Assembly: GCA_938045545.1 (NCBI GenBank)
Contig: CALIBN010000002.1
Coordinates: forward strand, 100,493-164,492
Reading direction: 5' to 3'
Length of the DNA: 64,000 nt
From: an uncultured archaeon
Lineage (GTDB): Archaea; Thermoproteota; EX4484-205; JAAOZP01
In this document: one piece after another, positions 1 to 10,020 of the stretch
Layout of the letters: every line of letters begins with the position of its first letter
How positions within the stretch are numbered: position 1 is the stretch's first letter
Position numbers and translations under genes: made by a program
Notes under the pieces: model-generated
Told to the model about the DNA's origin: nothing
Seen by the model: only the letters and a program-made list of their open reading frames with translations
The model's database searches: none

Positions 1-2617
1 AACCAATCCTGTATACGACGTTCGCTGAAACGCTGACCGGCTCAGCCACATGTAGCCCGTTCGCAACGAGGAACGCCTTAACCTGTTGAAGGTAGTCCGG
101 TTTCACCGTAATGTTTACGAGGAGTGTCGAAACATATGCTACCAAGGTTGATCTTGAAACCTCCACCCAGTCGTCCACGTTCCCAACCTGGTAGATACCT
201 ATCCTACTGGTTTGAGGATTATAAACCACAACCATGGTGACATAGGCCACTTGAGCGCTTATCGAGTAAAACGGGAGTATGAATACCGGTGTGTTGTTAA
301 CAAGCTGTACCATGAGGTTGCCCTCAACCCATGAGACTCCGTGCGTCTGGTGTAGAGTCAATATTTGTTGAACAGTAGGATGGTGAAGAATACTATCCAT
401 TATCGCGCTGAGCCTTGGAACCCTGCTTTGAAACAGGATGAATTCCTTACTGTCAGGAGTGAAAACATACGTGCCGACAATGTTCACAGAAGCCCCGGGG
501 TTCTGCTGATAATTCTCAACTATGCACAGGGCCACGTATCTTCCTTCCAACGAGACATATCTTATGTCGAAAACGCTTTGCGAATATATGTTTCCACTGG
601 AGTCTCGAGGGTAGTCCAGCATGCCTGTACTCCTATACCAGGAGTCGTAATCCGAGCTTGAAATTCTGTAAGTATTATAGATGTCAATTATGGTCCACAT
701 AAGGTTTTTAATATATCTTAGCTGTGGCTTAAGCCAAGACGGTATTGGCCTAACCCATGAAGGATATAGGGATTTAAGCGCGTTGATAACATAGTTGTCA
801 CTATCCAAGGATTCTTCAAACATGTAGCCTTGAATACTGCCGTCTGCAACGTTCACCAAGATTATGGAGAAAAGCCTTCTTAAGCAGCCTCCGTTTTCAA
901 CACCATACTTCTCCGTGGCAGCATACTCAGTGTAAACAGGCTTCTCAACGAAGGTTGAAAAAGCAAGGTAAAGATTCCCATCCGGGTCTACAACCGGGTA
1001 TGGTGCTGGCACACCCGTCCTAGGGTCGGTTTCAACGACTAGAAGTGGCACTTTTATCGCTGAAACCCTTTCATAAGCGTCTCTAGTGATCAAAGCGTTC
1101 AACGTATCCCCGTAGCCTCCTGAGGCTACGTCGAGCCTTCCTTTAAGAAGGAAGTAGGCTGCGCGAACCCATCCTGAGAAAACATAGTCCGGCGAGCCGG
1201 TGTAGTTCACAGTCCCAGCTTCCCTCCATTTGCCCGTGTTGACGAACACTATTTCCCTTTCTCTGAAAAGCCCTCCTAAACCATAGTATACAGGGGGAGC
1301 ATTAATCATCCCGAGGGCCTGGCTTAACGGAACAGTCCTCCCGGTTGTAGCGTCGAAAGCCAGGATAGCCTCGCTGTGAGTATATATGAATGATTCAGCA
1401 GTCTCAACATCGGTTGCCTCCACCATCACGGGGGCTGTGAAAACAACCCAGTATAAACGGCCATCTTTAAAATAAATCATTGAGGGCTCGCTTCCAGTAA
1501 TCCATGGTATTCCTCTTCTTGAAAGCTCGTAGCGGGTTCTTGAAGATATGAAATCATGGCTAGTCAGCCTGACCTTCTCAAGGTCGCTGAGGCTCCCCGG
1601 GGATTGTGTTGTTTCAGAAACCTCGTTTAAACCGTTGAGAAGCTTTACGAGCTCTATGTGCGGCTTAATTCTTGAGTTGAACTCATAGGAAACCTTGTTA
1701 GCATCCCATCCTCCTAGAGTCCTGTAGTATGCTTGCGGCAGTGCATACCCGAGCATGGCTATTACGACCGCTAGGACAAGCAGAATATTCTTCACCATAG
1801 CTGGCTTCTTAAAAGGCACTGTTTCCAGGAGGATTTGGAGAATCACTAAGATGACGGATATGGTTAGTGCAAGCCTGAATATTGGGCTCGTCACATCGTA
1901 AGTCAAGGAAGGATACCAGAACAGGAATAACCCTATGAAGACAGCTGAGACTATGAACCGGAGGAGGGAGAAGACTGTTCTCGTAAAATCTAACACTATT
2001 AAGTCGCCCTGAGGCCATGCCGCAGCCTTTTTCATCAGAATGAATATGCGCTGGAAACTATTTACAGCCAGGCTTATGAAAACTATGGCCGTGGAAAACA
2101 CGTAAAGCATTTTCATAAGCTGGATGAAGTCGAAAACCGGCATCATACCGTAGAGCTCCTCGCCGGAGAAAGAAAAGGGCCCAAAGTATATTTTCCCAAG
2201 CCAGCCGAGATAGGATTGTAGAAAACTGCCTGCCTTATTCAGCAGAAGGATTTGAACAGCTATTTGCGAGCCTACGGCTGAGAAGAATACGAATGCTAAC
2301 AGAATACTTGGAAACAGTATTAAAGCCGCAGTCTTAAACCTTCTTTTTAAGACTGAGTGCCAGAGGAACGGGTTTAACACGGCGATCCCTATCAGGACTC
2401 CGAACGCAGTGAAAAGACTGCCGTTTAAAAACATGATGTCGAGATAGCTCACCCCCGATTTTACACTATACATACTGTCGTAAACACTCATCGTGAAGAG
2501 CCATGCGGAGAAGCCAAGGTAGACTAGAAAAACAGCTAGCACTATCCCGGCAGCCTTCTTCAAAAGACTACGGTAATCCCTACCGCCTGAAACCTTTATT
2601 TCACCCATCACGTTCAT
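1..2617 (-). CDS. UPF0182 (COG1615)-like large membrane protein, 3'-truncated by the window edge
   Basis: Absent from the ORF track because it has no stop in the window. Manual translation from ATG 2617 (MNVMGEIKVSGG...) stays open to position 2. Multi-TM N-terminal half followed by a soluble domain with YTHS, VYYG, PYPVVD, LRY and GNLMVQLVNNTPVFILPFY segments typical of UPF0182. Confidence 0.7.
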   Translation of the reverse strand, partial: MNVMGEIKVSGGRDYRSLLKKAAGIVLAVFLVYLGFSAWLFTMSVYDSMYSVKSGVSYLDIMFLNGSLFTAFGVLIGIAVLNPFLWHSVLKRRFKTAALILFPSILLAFVFFSAVGSQIAVQILLLNKAGSFLQSYLGWLGKIYFGPFSFSGEELYGMMPVFDFIQLMKMLYVFSTAIVFISLAVNSFQRIFILMKKAAAWPQGDLIVLDFTRTVFSLLRFIVSAVFIGLFLFWYPSLTYDVTSPIFRLALTISVILVILQILLETVPFKKPAMVKNILLVLAVVIAMLGYALPQAYYRTLGGWDANKVSYEFNSRIKPHIELVKLLNGLNEVSETTQSPGSLSDLEKVRLTSHDFISSRTRYELSRRGIPWITGSEPSMIYFKDGRLYWVVFTAPVMVEATDVETAESFIYTHSEAILAFDATTGRTVPLSQALGMINAPPVYYGLGGLFREREIVFVNTGKWREAGTVNYTGSPDYVFSGWVRAAYFLLKGRLDVASGGYGDTLNALITRDAYERVSAIKVPLLVVETDPRTGVPAPYPVVDPDGNLYLAFSTFVEKPVYTEYAATEKYGVENGGCLRRLFSIILVNVADGSIQGYMFEESLDSDNYVINALKSLYPSWVRPIPSWLKPQLRYIKNLMWTIIDIYNTYRISSSDYDSWYRSTGMLDYPRDSSGNIYSQSVFDIRYVSLEGRYVALCIVENYQQNPGASVNIVGTYVFTPDSKEFILFQSRVPRLSAIMDSILHHPTVQQILTLHQTHGVSWVEGNLMVQLVNNTPVFILPFYSISAQVAYVTMVVVYNPQTSRIGIYQVGNVDDWVEVSRSTLVAYVSTLLVNITVKPDYLQQVKAFLVANGLHVAEPVSVSANVVYRIG

Positions 2618-2718
2618 CCCATCCAGAAAGCTTTTAAGCTTATCTTAGGGAAACTGTTTTGCGGAAGCACCTAAGGTTTTTAACCCTCCAACACGACAAT
2701 GACGCAGACTTGAGCAGG

Positions 2719-3708
2719 ATGCTTGGCAAGGTTCCTCCGAGAATACTTGAGAGAATAGTGTTTTCAAACCTCGGTGCCACCAGCAGGAGAGTCATTGCCG
2801 GCCCAGGCATAGGCGTCGACAACAGCATGATATCTTTAGATGGTGTTAAGATAATTGTTTCAAGCGATCCTGTTACGGGAGCCAAGGAGAACCTGGGTAG
2901 GATTGGCGTCGACGTTTCAACCAACGACGTGGCCCTAACAGGCGTGAGACCAGAGTTCCTCCTAGTCGTGCTTATCCTTCCTCCTGCAGCCAGCCATAAG
3001 GAAATCAGGAGGATAATGAGGCAGGCCAGCGATGAAGCTAAGAGGCTTGGGGTCGCTATAGTTGGGGGGCATACGGAGTATTCGAGCATCGTTGAAAAAC
3101 CTGTGTTCGTGGGTACGGCAATAGGGTGGACTAGACGTAGAAGAATCATCACTTCGAGCGGCGCTAAGTCTGGTGAAAACATTGTGATGGTTGGGGAGGC
3201 GGGTGTTGAAGGAACCTCCATACTTGCTTCCGACCTTTGGGGGAGGTTGGTGGAGAAAGGGGTTCAGCCATCGGTCTTAAAAAGGGCGAGAAGGCTTGTT
3301 GAAAACCTGAGCATAGTTGAGCCCGCACTGGTTTCCGCGAAGTATGTTTCAGCCATGCATGACCCTACGGAGGGCGGTGTGCTCGGCGGAATATTTGAAA
3401 TATGTGAAGCCTCTGGAAAAGGGTGCGTCGTAAACATGGAGTCAATACCGGTTAGGATGGAGACTATGATAATATGCGAAAAGCTCGGGTTAGACCCTCT
3501 TAGGCTCGTTAGCTCCGGAACCCTGCTGGCAACAGTCAGCGAATCTAAGACACCAGGGCTGTTGAGAAGGCTTCGGGAGAAAGGGTTTAAGGCACGCGTC
3601 ATAGGAAGGATGACGGGAAACAAGAGCGAGAGGATCGGGCTACTTGGCAGGAGGGAAATCAGGATAAGAAAGCTTCCTCAAGACGAACTGTGGAAAGCTA
3701 TCGGCTGA
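2719..3708 (+). CDS. AIR synthase/PurM-like family protein (HypE/ThiL-like paralog)
   Basis: GPGIGVD, SSDP, NDVA, GGHTE and MHDPTEGG motifs. Start placed at ATG 2719 (MLGKVPP); the ORF track starts at TTG 2659. Confidence 0.85.
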   Translation: MLGKVPPRILERIVFSNLGATSRRVIAGPGIGVDNSMISLDGVKIIVSSDPVTGAKENLGRIGVDVSTNDVALTGVRPEFLLVVLILPPAASHKEIRRIMRQASDEAKRLGVAIVGGHTEYSSIVEKPVFVGTAIGWTRRRRIITSSGAKSGENIVMVGEAGVEGTSILASDLWGRLVEKGVQPSVLKRARRLVENLSIVEPALVSAKYVSAMHDPTEGGVLGGIFEICEASGKGCVVNMESIPVRMETMIICEKLGLDPLRLVSSGTLLATVSESKTPGLLRRLREKGFKARVIGRMTGNKSERIGLLGRREIRIRKLPQDELWKAIG

Positions 3709-4426
3709 TTATCCTTGATTGCCCTATTCTCTTCGCAACCGCGTTGTAAAGCGGCACAGCCACCAGTGTCCCTATGAAGGTTTGAGCGAAGTTCGCAGGC
3801 ACCTCGAAGACTGCTCCCAACTGGTATAGGGAAAGCTCGTAGAGGAAGTATCCTAGAACCATTTCGAAGCCTCCTATGAAGCACGGCACTATTAGCGGCA
3901 GGTTCTCCCGGTAGACTCTCAGAATGAAGATTAGCGATGCCGCTAGAACGATGAGTATTGTGAAGAGAATAGGCTGATAGGCTACTGTAGCCGAGTATAT
4001 TGTGAGCAGCGATACTTCAGCCTCTCCTGTGAAAAGAAATATGACCAGTATGGTTCCGAGAATCACTGTTGGAACCGGGAGGAAGAGCATCAGGAGCCGA
4101 GTAGCCCGCGACTCCTTTCCAGCGAAAACCTCGTGGAGAAAGCCGGTTAGGAAGCCTTCAACACCTTTAACGATAAGGGTGGCGGGAGCATACACGGTAT
4201 AACCTAGGAACAGGTCGCTCAGCATTGATCCTAATCCGCCTGCGAGAAACCCTACGAGGGGGCCGAACAACAGGGCGGTTAGGAAGATCATGGAGTCCCC
4301 CAGGTTAAAGTAGCCCCTGGTGGCCGGGATATATATGGAGACGGATGCTGTCGCCACGAAGACTAGAGCGGTGGAAAGGGCTGCTGACGAGACAAGCCTA
4401 GCCTTCGAAACACTTAGGTTACGCAT
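3698..4426 (-). CDS. ECF transporter S component
   Basis: Multi-TM protein; GYFNLGD, FGPLVGFLAGGLGSMLSDL and TLIVKG motifs. Confidence 0.8.
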   Translation of the reverse strand: MRNLSVSKARLVSSAALSTALVFVATASVSIYIPATRGYFNLGDSMIFLTALLFGPLVGFLAGGLGSMLSDLFLGYTVYAPATLIVKGVEGFLTGFLHEVFAGKESRATRLLMLFLPVPTVILGTILVIFLFTGEAEVSLLTIYSATVAYQPILFTILIVLAASLIFILRVYRENLPLIVPCFIGGFEMVLGYFLYELSLYQLGAVFEVPANFAQTFIGTLVAVPLYNAVAKRIGQSRIISR

Positions 4427-4500
4427 AAGAAGGAGAATCCATTCGCGGAATAAAACGCTTACCTTATATTAAGGCTTATAGTAAGAGGACGCTGCTAATT

Positions 4501-5313
4501 TCAACTTTTCAAAACCAGTTTGAAAAGATAGCATGCGGAAAACAGCATGATCGAGACCAGGGCTATTGCGCCACTAGTCGGAATATCGTAGAGCAGTGAT
4601 ACTGTAATACCTCCTAATCCAGATATGGCCTCAACTGTGAAAGCCGCTAGCAGCATCATGTCTATGCGGCGGGCCAGCAGCCTTGAGACCGCTGCAGGTA
4701 TTACGAGAAGCGTGACGGAAAGCAGAATGCCCATGGTTCTCGCCACGACAGCGGCAGTTATCGCGGAAACAGCGAATAGCAGTGAGTCGTATAGTCCTGT
4801 TTTAAGGCCAAAAGATTCAGCGGTCTCCATGTCGAAGCAAATGTAGATAAACTCCCTGTAAAACATTATGGTGACAATGAGTGAAACGGTTGACGCAGCA
4901 GCCAGACTGAGCACATCCATTTCTGAAAGAAGCAGAAGGTCACTCACAAGATAACTGTCAACTAAAATTCTCCTCTCTATCGGCATGTAGCTTCTTATTA
5001 TCACGTAGAGCATCACGCTTACAGCTAGAGAAACGCTGAGCATCATGCCCAAGGCTTGCTGACTGCTCCTACCAACGCGGGAAACAAGTATGGATGTTGC
5101 CACGCAGAACAATATTGCAAATACAAACGGGTCTCCAGCTCCCGGCAGTAAAGCCTGGATTAAAACGCCTACTGCTGCACCCCCTAAGGCAGCGTGTGAA
5201 ACCTCAGGAGTAATGTAGAGGGCTCCTCTCAGAAGCATGATTACTGAAATCGGTGCTGAAAACGAGGCGAAAACAACTCCGACGATTGCTCTTAAGACAA
5301 ACGGGTCAAGCAT
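4501..5313 (-). CDS. Metal (Zn/Mn/Fe) ABC transporter permease, ZnuB-like
   Basis: SHAALGG, FDxETAxxxG and GILL...LVIPA motifs; start at MLDPF overlaps the ATPase stop. Confidence 0.85.
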   Translation of the reverse strand: MLDPFVLRAIVGVVFASFSAPISVIMLLRGALYITPEVSHAALGGAAVGVLIQALLPGAGDPFVFAILFCVATSILVSRVGRSSQQALGMMLSVSLAVSVMLYVIIRSYMPIERRILVDSYLVSDLLLLSEMDVLSLAAASTVSLIVTIMFYREFIYICFDMETAESFGLKTGLYDSLLFAVSAITAAVVARTMGILLSVTLLVIPAAVSRLLARRIDMMLLAAFTVEAISGLGGITVSLLYDIPTSGAIALVSIMLFSACYLFKLVLKS

Positions 5314-6085
5314 GCTTATCACCCAGTATGAAGATCCTCCGGCCCTCTCTTTCAACAGTTTTTAAACAGGGATAGATCGGTTTCAGCCTCTCCTCGCTTA
5401 AAACCAAGCTCGGATCACCATATCCGCATACAGCCCTGTTTAAAACAAGAATCCTGTCGGTAAGCTCCATTATAGGGTCAACCTCATGCTCCACGATAAC
5501 TATGGTTCTCCCCCTCTCCTTCAAAGTCTTGAAAACGTTAATCAAGTACTCCTGGCTCTCGGAATCCAGCCCGGCGAACACCTCGTCCAGCAGCAGGAGC
5601 AACGGGTCGGATGCTAGCGCCCTCGCTATCAGGACCCTTCGCTGCTGCCCCCCGCTGAGCTCGTTGAAAAAAGACCCCCAGTGTTCCTCCATGCCCAAGT
5701 ATGCTAGAGCCCTTCTAGCGGATTCAAAATCATCCTTTAAAACAGCTCTGGGAAAACTTTTCCTCAAGACTATCCCCATTAGGACAACCTCGCTCACCCT
5801 CAACGGAGTTTCGTAGGAAACCCGGTCTTTCTGCGGGACGTAGCCAACGAGCCCTCTGAGCCTACCATAGTCAGTAAAAGGGTTTAAACCGAGTACTTTG
5901 ACGCTTCCCTTGAAAGGCTTAACCATGCCCAGGAGGACCTTTAAAAGCGTAGTCTTGCCAGCCCCGTTCGGCCCGACGACAGTTATGAACGCTGGCGACT
6001 CAACCTGGAAGCTAACATCCTCTAAAACCATGTGGCCATCAAGCCTCACCGAAGCGTTTTCGACAGATATTACCGGAGTACTCAT
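5306..6085 (-). CDS. Metal ABC transporter ATP-binding protein, ZnuC-like
   Basis: Walker A GPNGAGKT, GYVPQ, LSGGQ signature, LLLDE, H-loop. Confidence 0.92.
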   Translation of the reverse strand: MSTPVISVENASVRLDGHMVLEDVSFQVESPAFITVVGPNGAGKTTLLKVLLGMVKPFKGSVKVLGLNPFTDYGRLRGLVGYVPQKDRVSYETPLRVSEVVLMGIVLRKSFPRAVLKDDFESARRALAYLGMEEHWGSFFNELSGGQQRRVLIARALASDPLLLLLDEVFAGLDSESQEYLINVFKTLKERGRTIVIVEHEVDPIMELTDRILVLNRAVCGYGDPSLVLSEERLKPIYPCLKTVEREGRRIFILGDKHA

Positions 6086-7104
6086 CGTTTACTCCTCCTG
6101 ACTAAGATTATTGTTTCAAGCACGAGCGCCAGCAGTGCTGCAAGCGTTGTCAGAAGGTAAATGTTAACCCCGCTTGAAACAGCTTCCCGCTCGGATAAGA
6201 GCGCACTGTAAACCTGACCAGCGTTATAGTACATTATTGAATCGTAATCCTTCACGCCGGTTGCTGAAACTACTGAGACATAGGCTATCTTGCAACCCGT
6301 ATCCTTAGAGATTTCCCGCAGAGCATTTTGAACCCCGCTCATCAACAAAGCGGTGTCGGAGACAACTATGCAAGCATATTCTCCAGACGTAAGCCCGTCG
6401 TAAACCCTGCTTAAAGACCCAGGGCTTATGGCCTCGCCCTCGCCAACAAGCACGGCGCCTGCTTTTAAACCCATGGCTTCAACGACGTATTGCTCCTCGT
6501 AGAAACCTATGACAACTCTCTTCCCAGATGAGCCGTGTTTCTCCGAAAGCCTTTGGAGAAAAATCTTTAGAGACGATACTTTTTCCTCGAAAAGCATGCA
6601 GTTGAACCGGTATTTCTCAGAACGCTCAGGACTCAAGTTTGAAAGCCTGTCTCTCAGGGCTCTCGCGATCAGGATAGCGTTATCAGGAAGAAGCCAGAAG
6701 CCGTGAATATTCCTCCCGCCCTCCAGCTCGAGAATAGTGCCATTCCTCTCAACCAGGTCAAGCAGGTTTAGCGTTATTGAACCGGTTTCAACACCTCTTT
6801 CCTCGGCAACCCGTTTAACAAGATCCTTCTCCCACTCCATGTGACCAGTTATAACTATCAGGTCAGCGCTGGAAGCGTTTCTCACAATGCTTGGAGTAAG
6901 GGTGAAGCCATGTGGCTCAGCATCCCCTGGAACAATCGAATAAACCTCTCCGGCACCGCCCGTTACAGAGGAAACGATCGGCCTCAGAATATCCATCGTG
7001 ACAACTATCCTGGTCTTCCCATACGTCTCAGCATAGGCAGATACTGGTGAAAACTGCAGGAAAACTGTTGCGAGAATCATGGTTCCAACCGTGTTCCTCA
7101 GCAA
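6082..7104 (-). CDS. Metal ABC transporter substrate-binding protein (ZnuA/TroA-like) with C-terminal TM anchor
   Basis: Signal peptide; EPHxFxLTP, ADL and IHGFWLLP motifs; hydrophobic C-terminus; operon context. Confidence 0.85.
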   Translation of the reverse strand: MLRNTVGTMILATVFLQFSPVSAYAETYGKTRIVVTMDILRPIVSSVTGGAGEVYSIVPGDAEPHGFTLTPSIVRNASSADLIVITGHMEWEKDLVKRVAEERGVETGSITLNLLDLVERNGTILELEGGRNIHGFWLLPDNAILIARALRDRLSNLSPERSEKYRFNCMLFEEKVSSLKIFLQRLSEKHGSSGKRVVIGFYEEQYVVEAMGLKAGAVLVGEGEAISPGSLSRVYDGLTSGEYACIVVSDTALLMSGVQNALREISKDTGCKIAYVSVVSATGVKDYDSIMYYNAGQVYSALLSEREAVSSGVNIYLLTTLAALLALVLETIILVRRSKR

Positions 7105-7550
7105 CAGTACCTGCCTCCTGGAATATGGCTCCTATGAGGGCAGGTCTTAGGATGACCTAGAGCACTGCACATGGAGTCAACGATCTTCTCAGGAAGATAT
7201 TGTTCAACCATGCTCGCGCATTCGCAAGCATCCTGCAGACCCATTGAGAGGAACCTGTAAACATATGTTTCGAAAACCCTGTGGTTCCTGATTATTCTGT
7301 TAACTTCTCCTAACCCTTTTTCAGTAAGGCTTACTCCCCTCCAACGATACCTTTTAACCATGCCTTTTTCCTCTAGTCTTCCAAGATATTCGCTTGCAGT
7401 CGCACATGAAACCCCCATGGCATCAGCCACCTCCAGGCTTCCAACCATATTCCTTCCTGAAAGCAGATTGAAAACCGCCTTAAGATACTGGATCTCCTTC
7501 CCCGTTAGGCTTTGTTTCGAAGCCTGTCTTGAAGCCCCCGATTTAGGCAT
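7098..7550 (-). CDS. DtxR/MntR family metal-dependent transcriptional repressor
   Basis: YLKAVF HTH, RNHRVFE and LGHPKTCPH motifs; first gene of the metal ABC operon; ATG 7550 lies about 25 nt from the TATA-like element. Confidence 0.88.
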   Translation of the reverse strand: MPKSGASRQASKQSLTGKEIQYLKAVFNLLSGRNMVGSLEVADAMGVSCATASEYLGRLEEKGMVKRYRWRGVSLTEKGLGEVNRIIRNHRVFETYVYRFLSMGLQDACECASMVEQYLPEKIVDSMCSALGHPKTCPHRSHIPGGRYCC

Positions 7551-7556
7551 GCACAA

Positions 7557-7590
7557 TTAAGGAAGTTCCTAAATTTAAGTTTTTTCGGGA
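7557..7590 (-). promoter_or_regulatory. BRE/TATA promoter plus 17-bp palindromic operator of the DtxR-metal ABC operon
   Basis: TTAAGGAAGTTCCTAAA (7557-7573) is a near-perfect inverted repeat lying between the minus-strand GAAAAAACTTAAAT and the ATG. Confidence 0.6.
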
Positions 7591-7792
7591 CGAGTTCCCT
7601 TAAGGAACCTACTTCCACTCACAAGCATAAACCACGACGCCCGATGGATCGCATGGGCTACGTCCTGAACTTCTTAATCTTGCCTCTTCGCCGCTCATGG
7701 TTTTAGAAGCATTCGGATTTTGAACTCGAGGCCGTTTCAAATTAAATAGGTAAAAATTTTCAAAAAGAGTAGATTGATTAAATCATTCCTTT

Positions 7793-9943
7793 TCAGACGA
7801 GAAAAAACTCCTCCTTCTCACCGAACTTCTTGTATTTAGCCAACATCTCCTCTTTTAAACTGGGTTTGATGGTTTGAAGAGCTTTTTCAAAGTCCTCCTT
7901 AGTCACCTTGTCAGCATCCCTCCTCAAAGCGTTTAAGCCAGCCTCCCTGCAGAGCGCCTCCAGGTCAGCCCCAGAGTAGCCTTCAGTCCTCTTAGCGATC
8001 TCCTCAAGACTAACTCCCTCCAACGGCATTCTCCTCGTATGGATTTTAAGTATCTGGAGCCTTGAAGCCTCATCCGGCGGCGGAACATACAGTACTACTT
8101 CAAACCTTCCCGGCCTCATTATCGCAGGGTCGAGAAGCTCAGGCCTGTTGGTAGCTCCTATTATAACAATCCTCTCAATTGGGGTGAGCCCATCCATCTC
8201 TGTCAGCAGCTGGCTTACAACCCTCTCCGTCACGCCGCTGTCAGCCATGCTCATGCCTCTCCTCGGAGCGACCGCGTCAACCTCATCCAGGAAGATTATT
8301 GAGGGCGAGGCGAGCCTGGCCTTCCTAAACACTTCCCTTATTGCTTTCTCAGACTCCCCAACCCATTTCGAGAAGATCTCTGGACCCTTAATGCTTATGA
8401 AGTTGGCCTCGCTCTCAGTCGCAACCGCCCTGGCGAGAAGAGTCTTCCCGCATCCCGGTGGACCGTAGAGAAGTATCGCTTTAGGAGGCGTTATACCTAG
8501 TTTTTCAAACTTCTCCGGCGTCTTTATTGGAAGCTCGACGGTCTCCCTGAGCCTTCTCTTAATCTCCTCAAGCCCTCCGACGTCGCTCCACCTGACCGTT
8601 GGAACCTCAACATACACTTCCCTCATCGCGGAAGGAGTTATTTCTTTAAACGCGTTCATGAAGTCCTCAGCCTTAACAACCATTTTCTCCAAGACAGACT
8701 GTGGAATCCTCTCATCCAGCTTTATCTCAGGCAAGTATCTTCTCAAAGCCTTCATCGCCGCCTCCCTGCACAGCGCAGCCAGGTCTGCACCAGTATAGCC
8801 GTGCGTTATTTCAGCCAGCTTCTTCAAGTCCACATCCTTGTCAAGCGGCATCGACCTGGTGTGGATCTGAAGTATTTCAAGCCTGCCCTGCTTATCGGGC
8901 ACTCCTATCTCTATCTCCCTGTCGAACCGCCCCGGCCTGCGTAAAGCAGGGTCAATCATGTTCGGAACATTCGTCGCGCCTATGACGATCACGTCGCCCC
9001 TAGCCTTCAAACCATCCATGAGCGCGAGAAGCTGTGCCACCACTCTTCTCTCAACCTCGCCGCCAACCTCCTCTCTCTTAGGCGCTATAGCGTCAATCTC
9101 ATCTATGAAGATTATGCTTGGAGCCTTCTCCTGAGCCTCCTGGAAAACCCTTCTAAGCCTTTCCTCAGACTCGCCGTAAAACTTGCTCATTATCTCAGGC
9201 CCGTTTATAGAAAGGAAGTTGGCGTCAGACTCGTTTGCAACAGCCTTAGCCAGGAGCGTTTTACCAGTGCCAGGCGGGCCGTGGAGCAGAACCCCCTTAG
9301 GCGGCTCTATGCCCAGCCTCTGGAAAAGCTCCGGGTGTCTCAGGGGAAGCTCAACCATCTCCCTTATTCGTTGAATCTCCTCGTGTAAACCGCCAATATC
9401 CTCGTAAGTAACCCTTGGAATAGCCAGCTTCTCAGCAGCCTCTTCGCTAACTATCTGCATCCTTGTGTCCGGAGTAACCTTCACGAAGCCCCTTGGCTTA
9501 ACCCGGACCACCGTGAGGCCGAGGGCTTGGCCGCCGAAGACAGGTACCGCAACTATGTCGCCCTCGGTGAGAGGAGTATCTATAAGCTTATCCCTAACAT
9601 AGTCTAAGAAGTCCTCGTCCACGCTGGATATTCGCGCACCCATTGGTGCTAATACGACTTCATTAGCGTTCTCAACCTTATCCACCTTCCTGATCTTTAC
9701 ATAATCCCCTATCGCAACCCCGGCGCTCTTCCTTATCAGGCCGTCCATCCTCGCTATTTTTCTATCCTCATCCTCAGCGTAGCCGGGCCAGACAACTGCT
9801 GAAGCAGACTTCCTGCCAAGAATCTCGACAACGTCTCCAGTCTCAGCCTTAAGCTGAGCCATCTCCTTCCTACCTATTCTAACTATCCTCCTGCCGACGT
9901 CCCTCGGACGTGCCTCAGCAACAACCAGTTGAACCTCGCTCAT
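7793..9943 (-). CDS. cdc48: CDC48/VCP (VAT) AAA+ ATPase
   Basis: N-domain plus two AAA modules ([13 protein letters not shown]; [13 protein letters not shown]), RPGRF arginine fingers, KFYGE and KWVGE pore loops. Confidence 0.97.
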   Translation of the reverse strand: MSEVQLVVAEARPRDVGRRIVRIGRKEMAQLKAETGDVVEILGRKSASAVVWPGYAEDEDRKIARMDGLIRKSAGVAIGDYVKIRKVDKVENANEVVLAPMGARISSVDEDFLDYVRDKLIDTPLTEGDIVAVPVFGGQALGLTVVRVKPRGFVKVTPDTRMQIVSEEAAEKLAIPRVTYEDIGGLHEEIQRIREMVELPLRHPELFQRLGIEPPKGVLLHGPPGTGKTLLAKAVANESDANFLSINGPEIMSKFYGESEERLRRVFQEAQEKAPSIIFIDEIDAIAPKREEVGGEVERRVVAQLLALMDGLKARGDVIVIGATNVPNMIDPALRRPGRFDREIEIGVPDKQGRLEILQIHTRSMPLDKDVDLKKLAEITHGYTGADLAALCREAAMKALRRYLPEIKLDERIPQSVLEKMVVKAEDFMNAFKEITPSAMREVYVEVPTVRWSDVGGLEEIKRRLRETVELPIKTPEKFEKLGITPPKAILLYGPPGCGKTLLARAVATESEANFISIKGPEIFSKWVGESEKAIREVFRKARLASPSIIFLDEVDAVAPRRGMSMADSGVTERVVSQLLTEMDGLTPIERIVIIGATNRPELLDPAIMRPGRFEVVLYVPPPDEASRLQILKIHTRRMPLEGVSLEEIAKRTEGYSGADLEALCREAGLNALRRDADKVTKEDFEKALQTIKPSLKEEMLAKYKKFGEKEEFFLV

Positions 9944-10020
9944 AGTTTTCAAGAAAGAGTTTTACCACTCAGATTTAAGCTTTCAACAAACCTGTTCGCA
10001 TGGCCAGAATTAAAAAACTC

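Noticed and set aside
7609-7698. 29-codon minus-strand ORF and hairpin upstream of the DtxR operon
   Set aside because: Too short, no motif, no supporting evidence
7793-7815. CDC48 ends in FFLV rather than an HbYX motif
   Set aside because: Tail variation among archaeal CDC48 paralogs is common; not interpretable without the full paralog set
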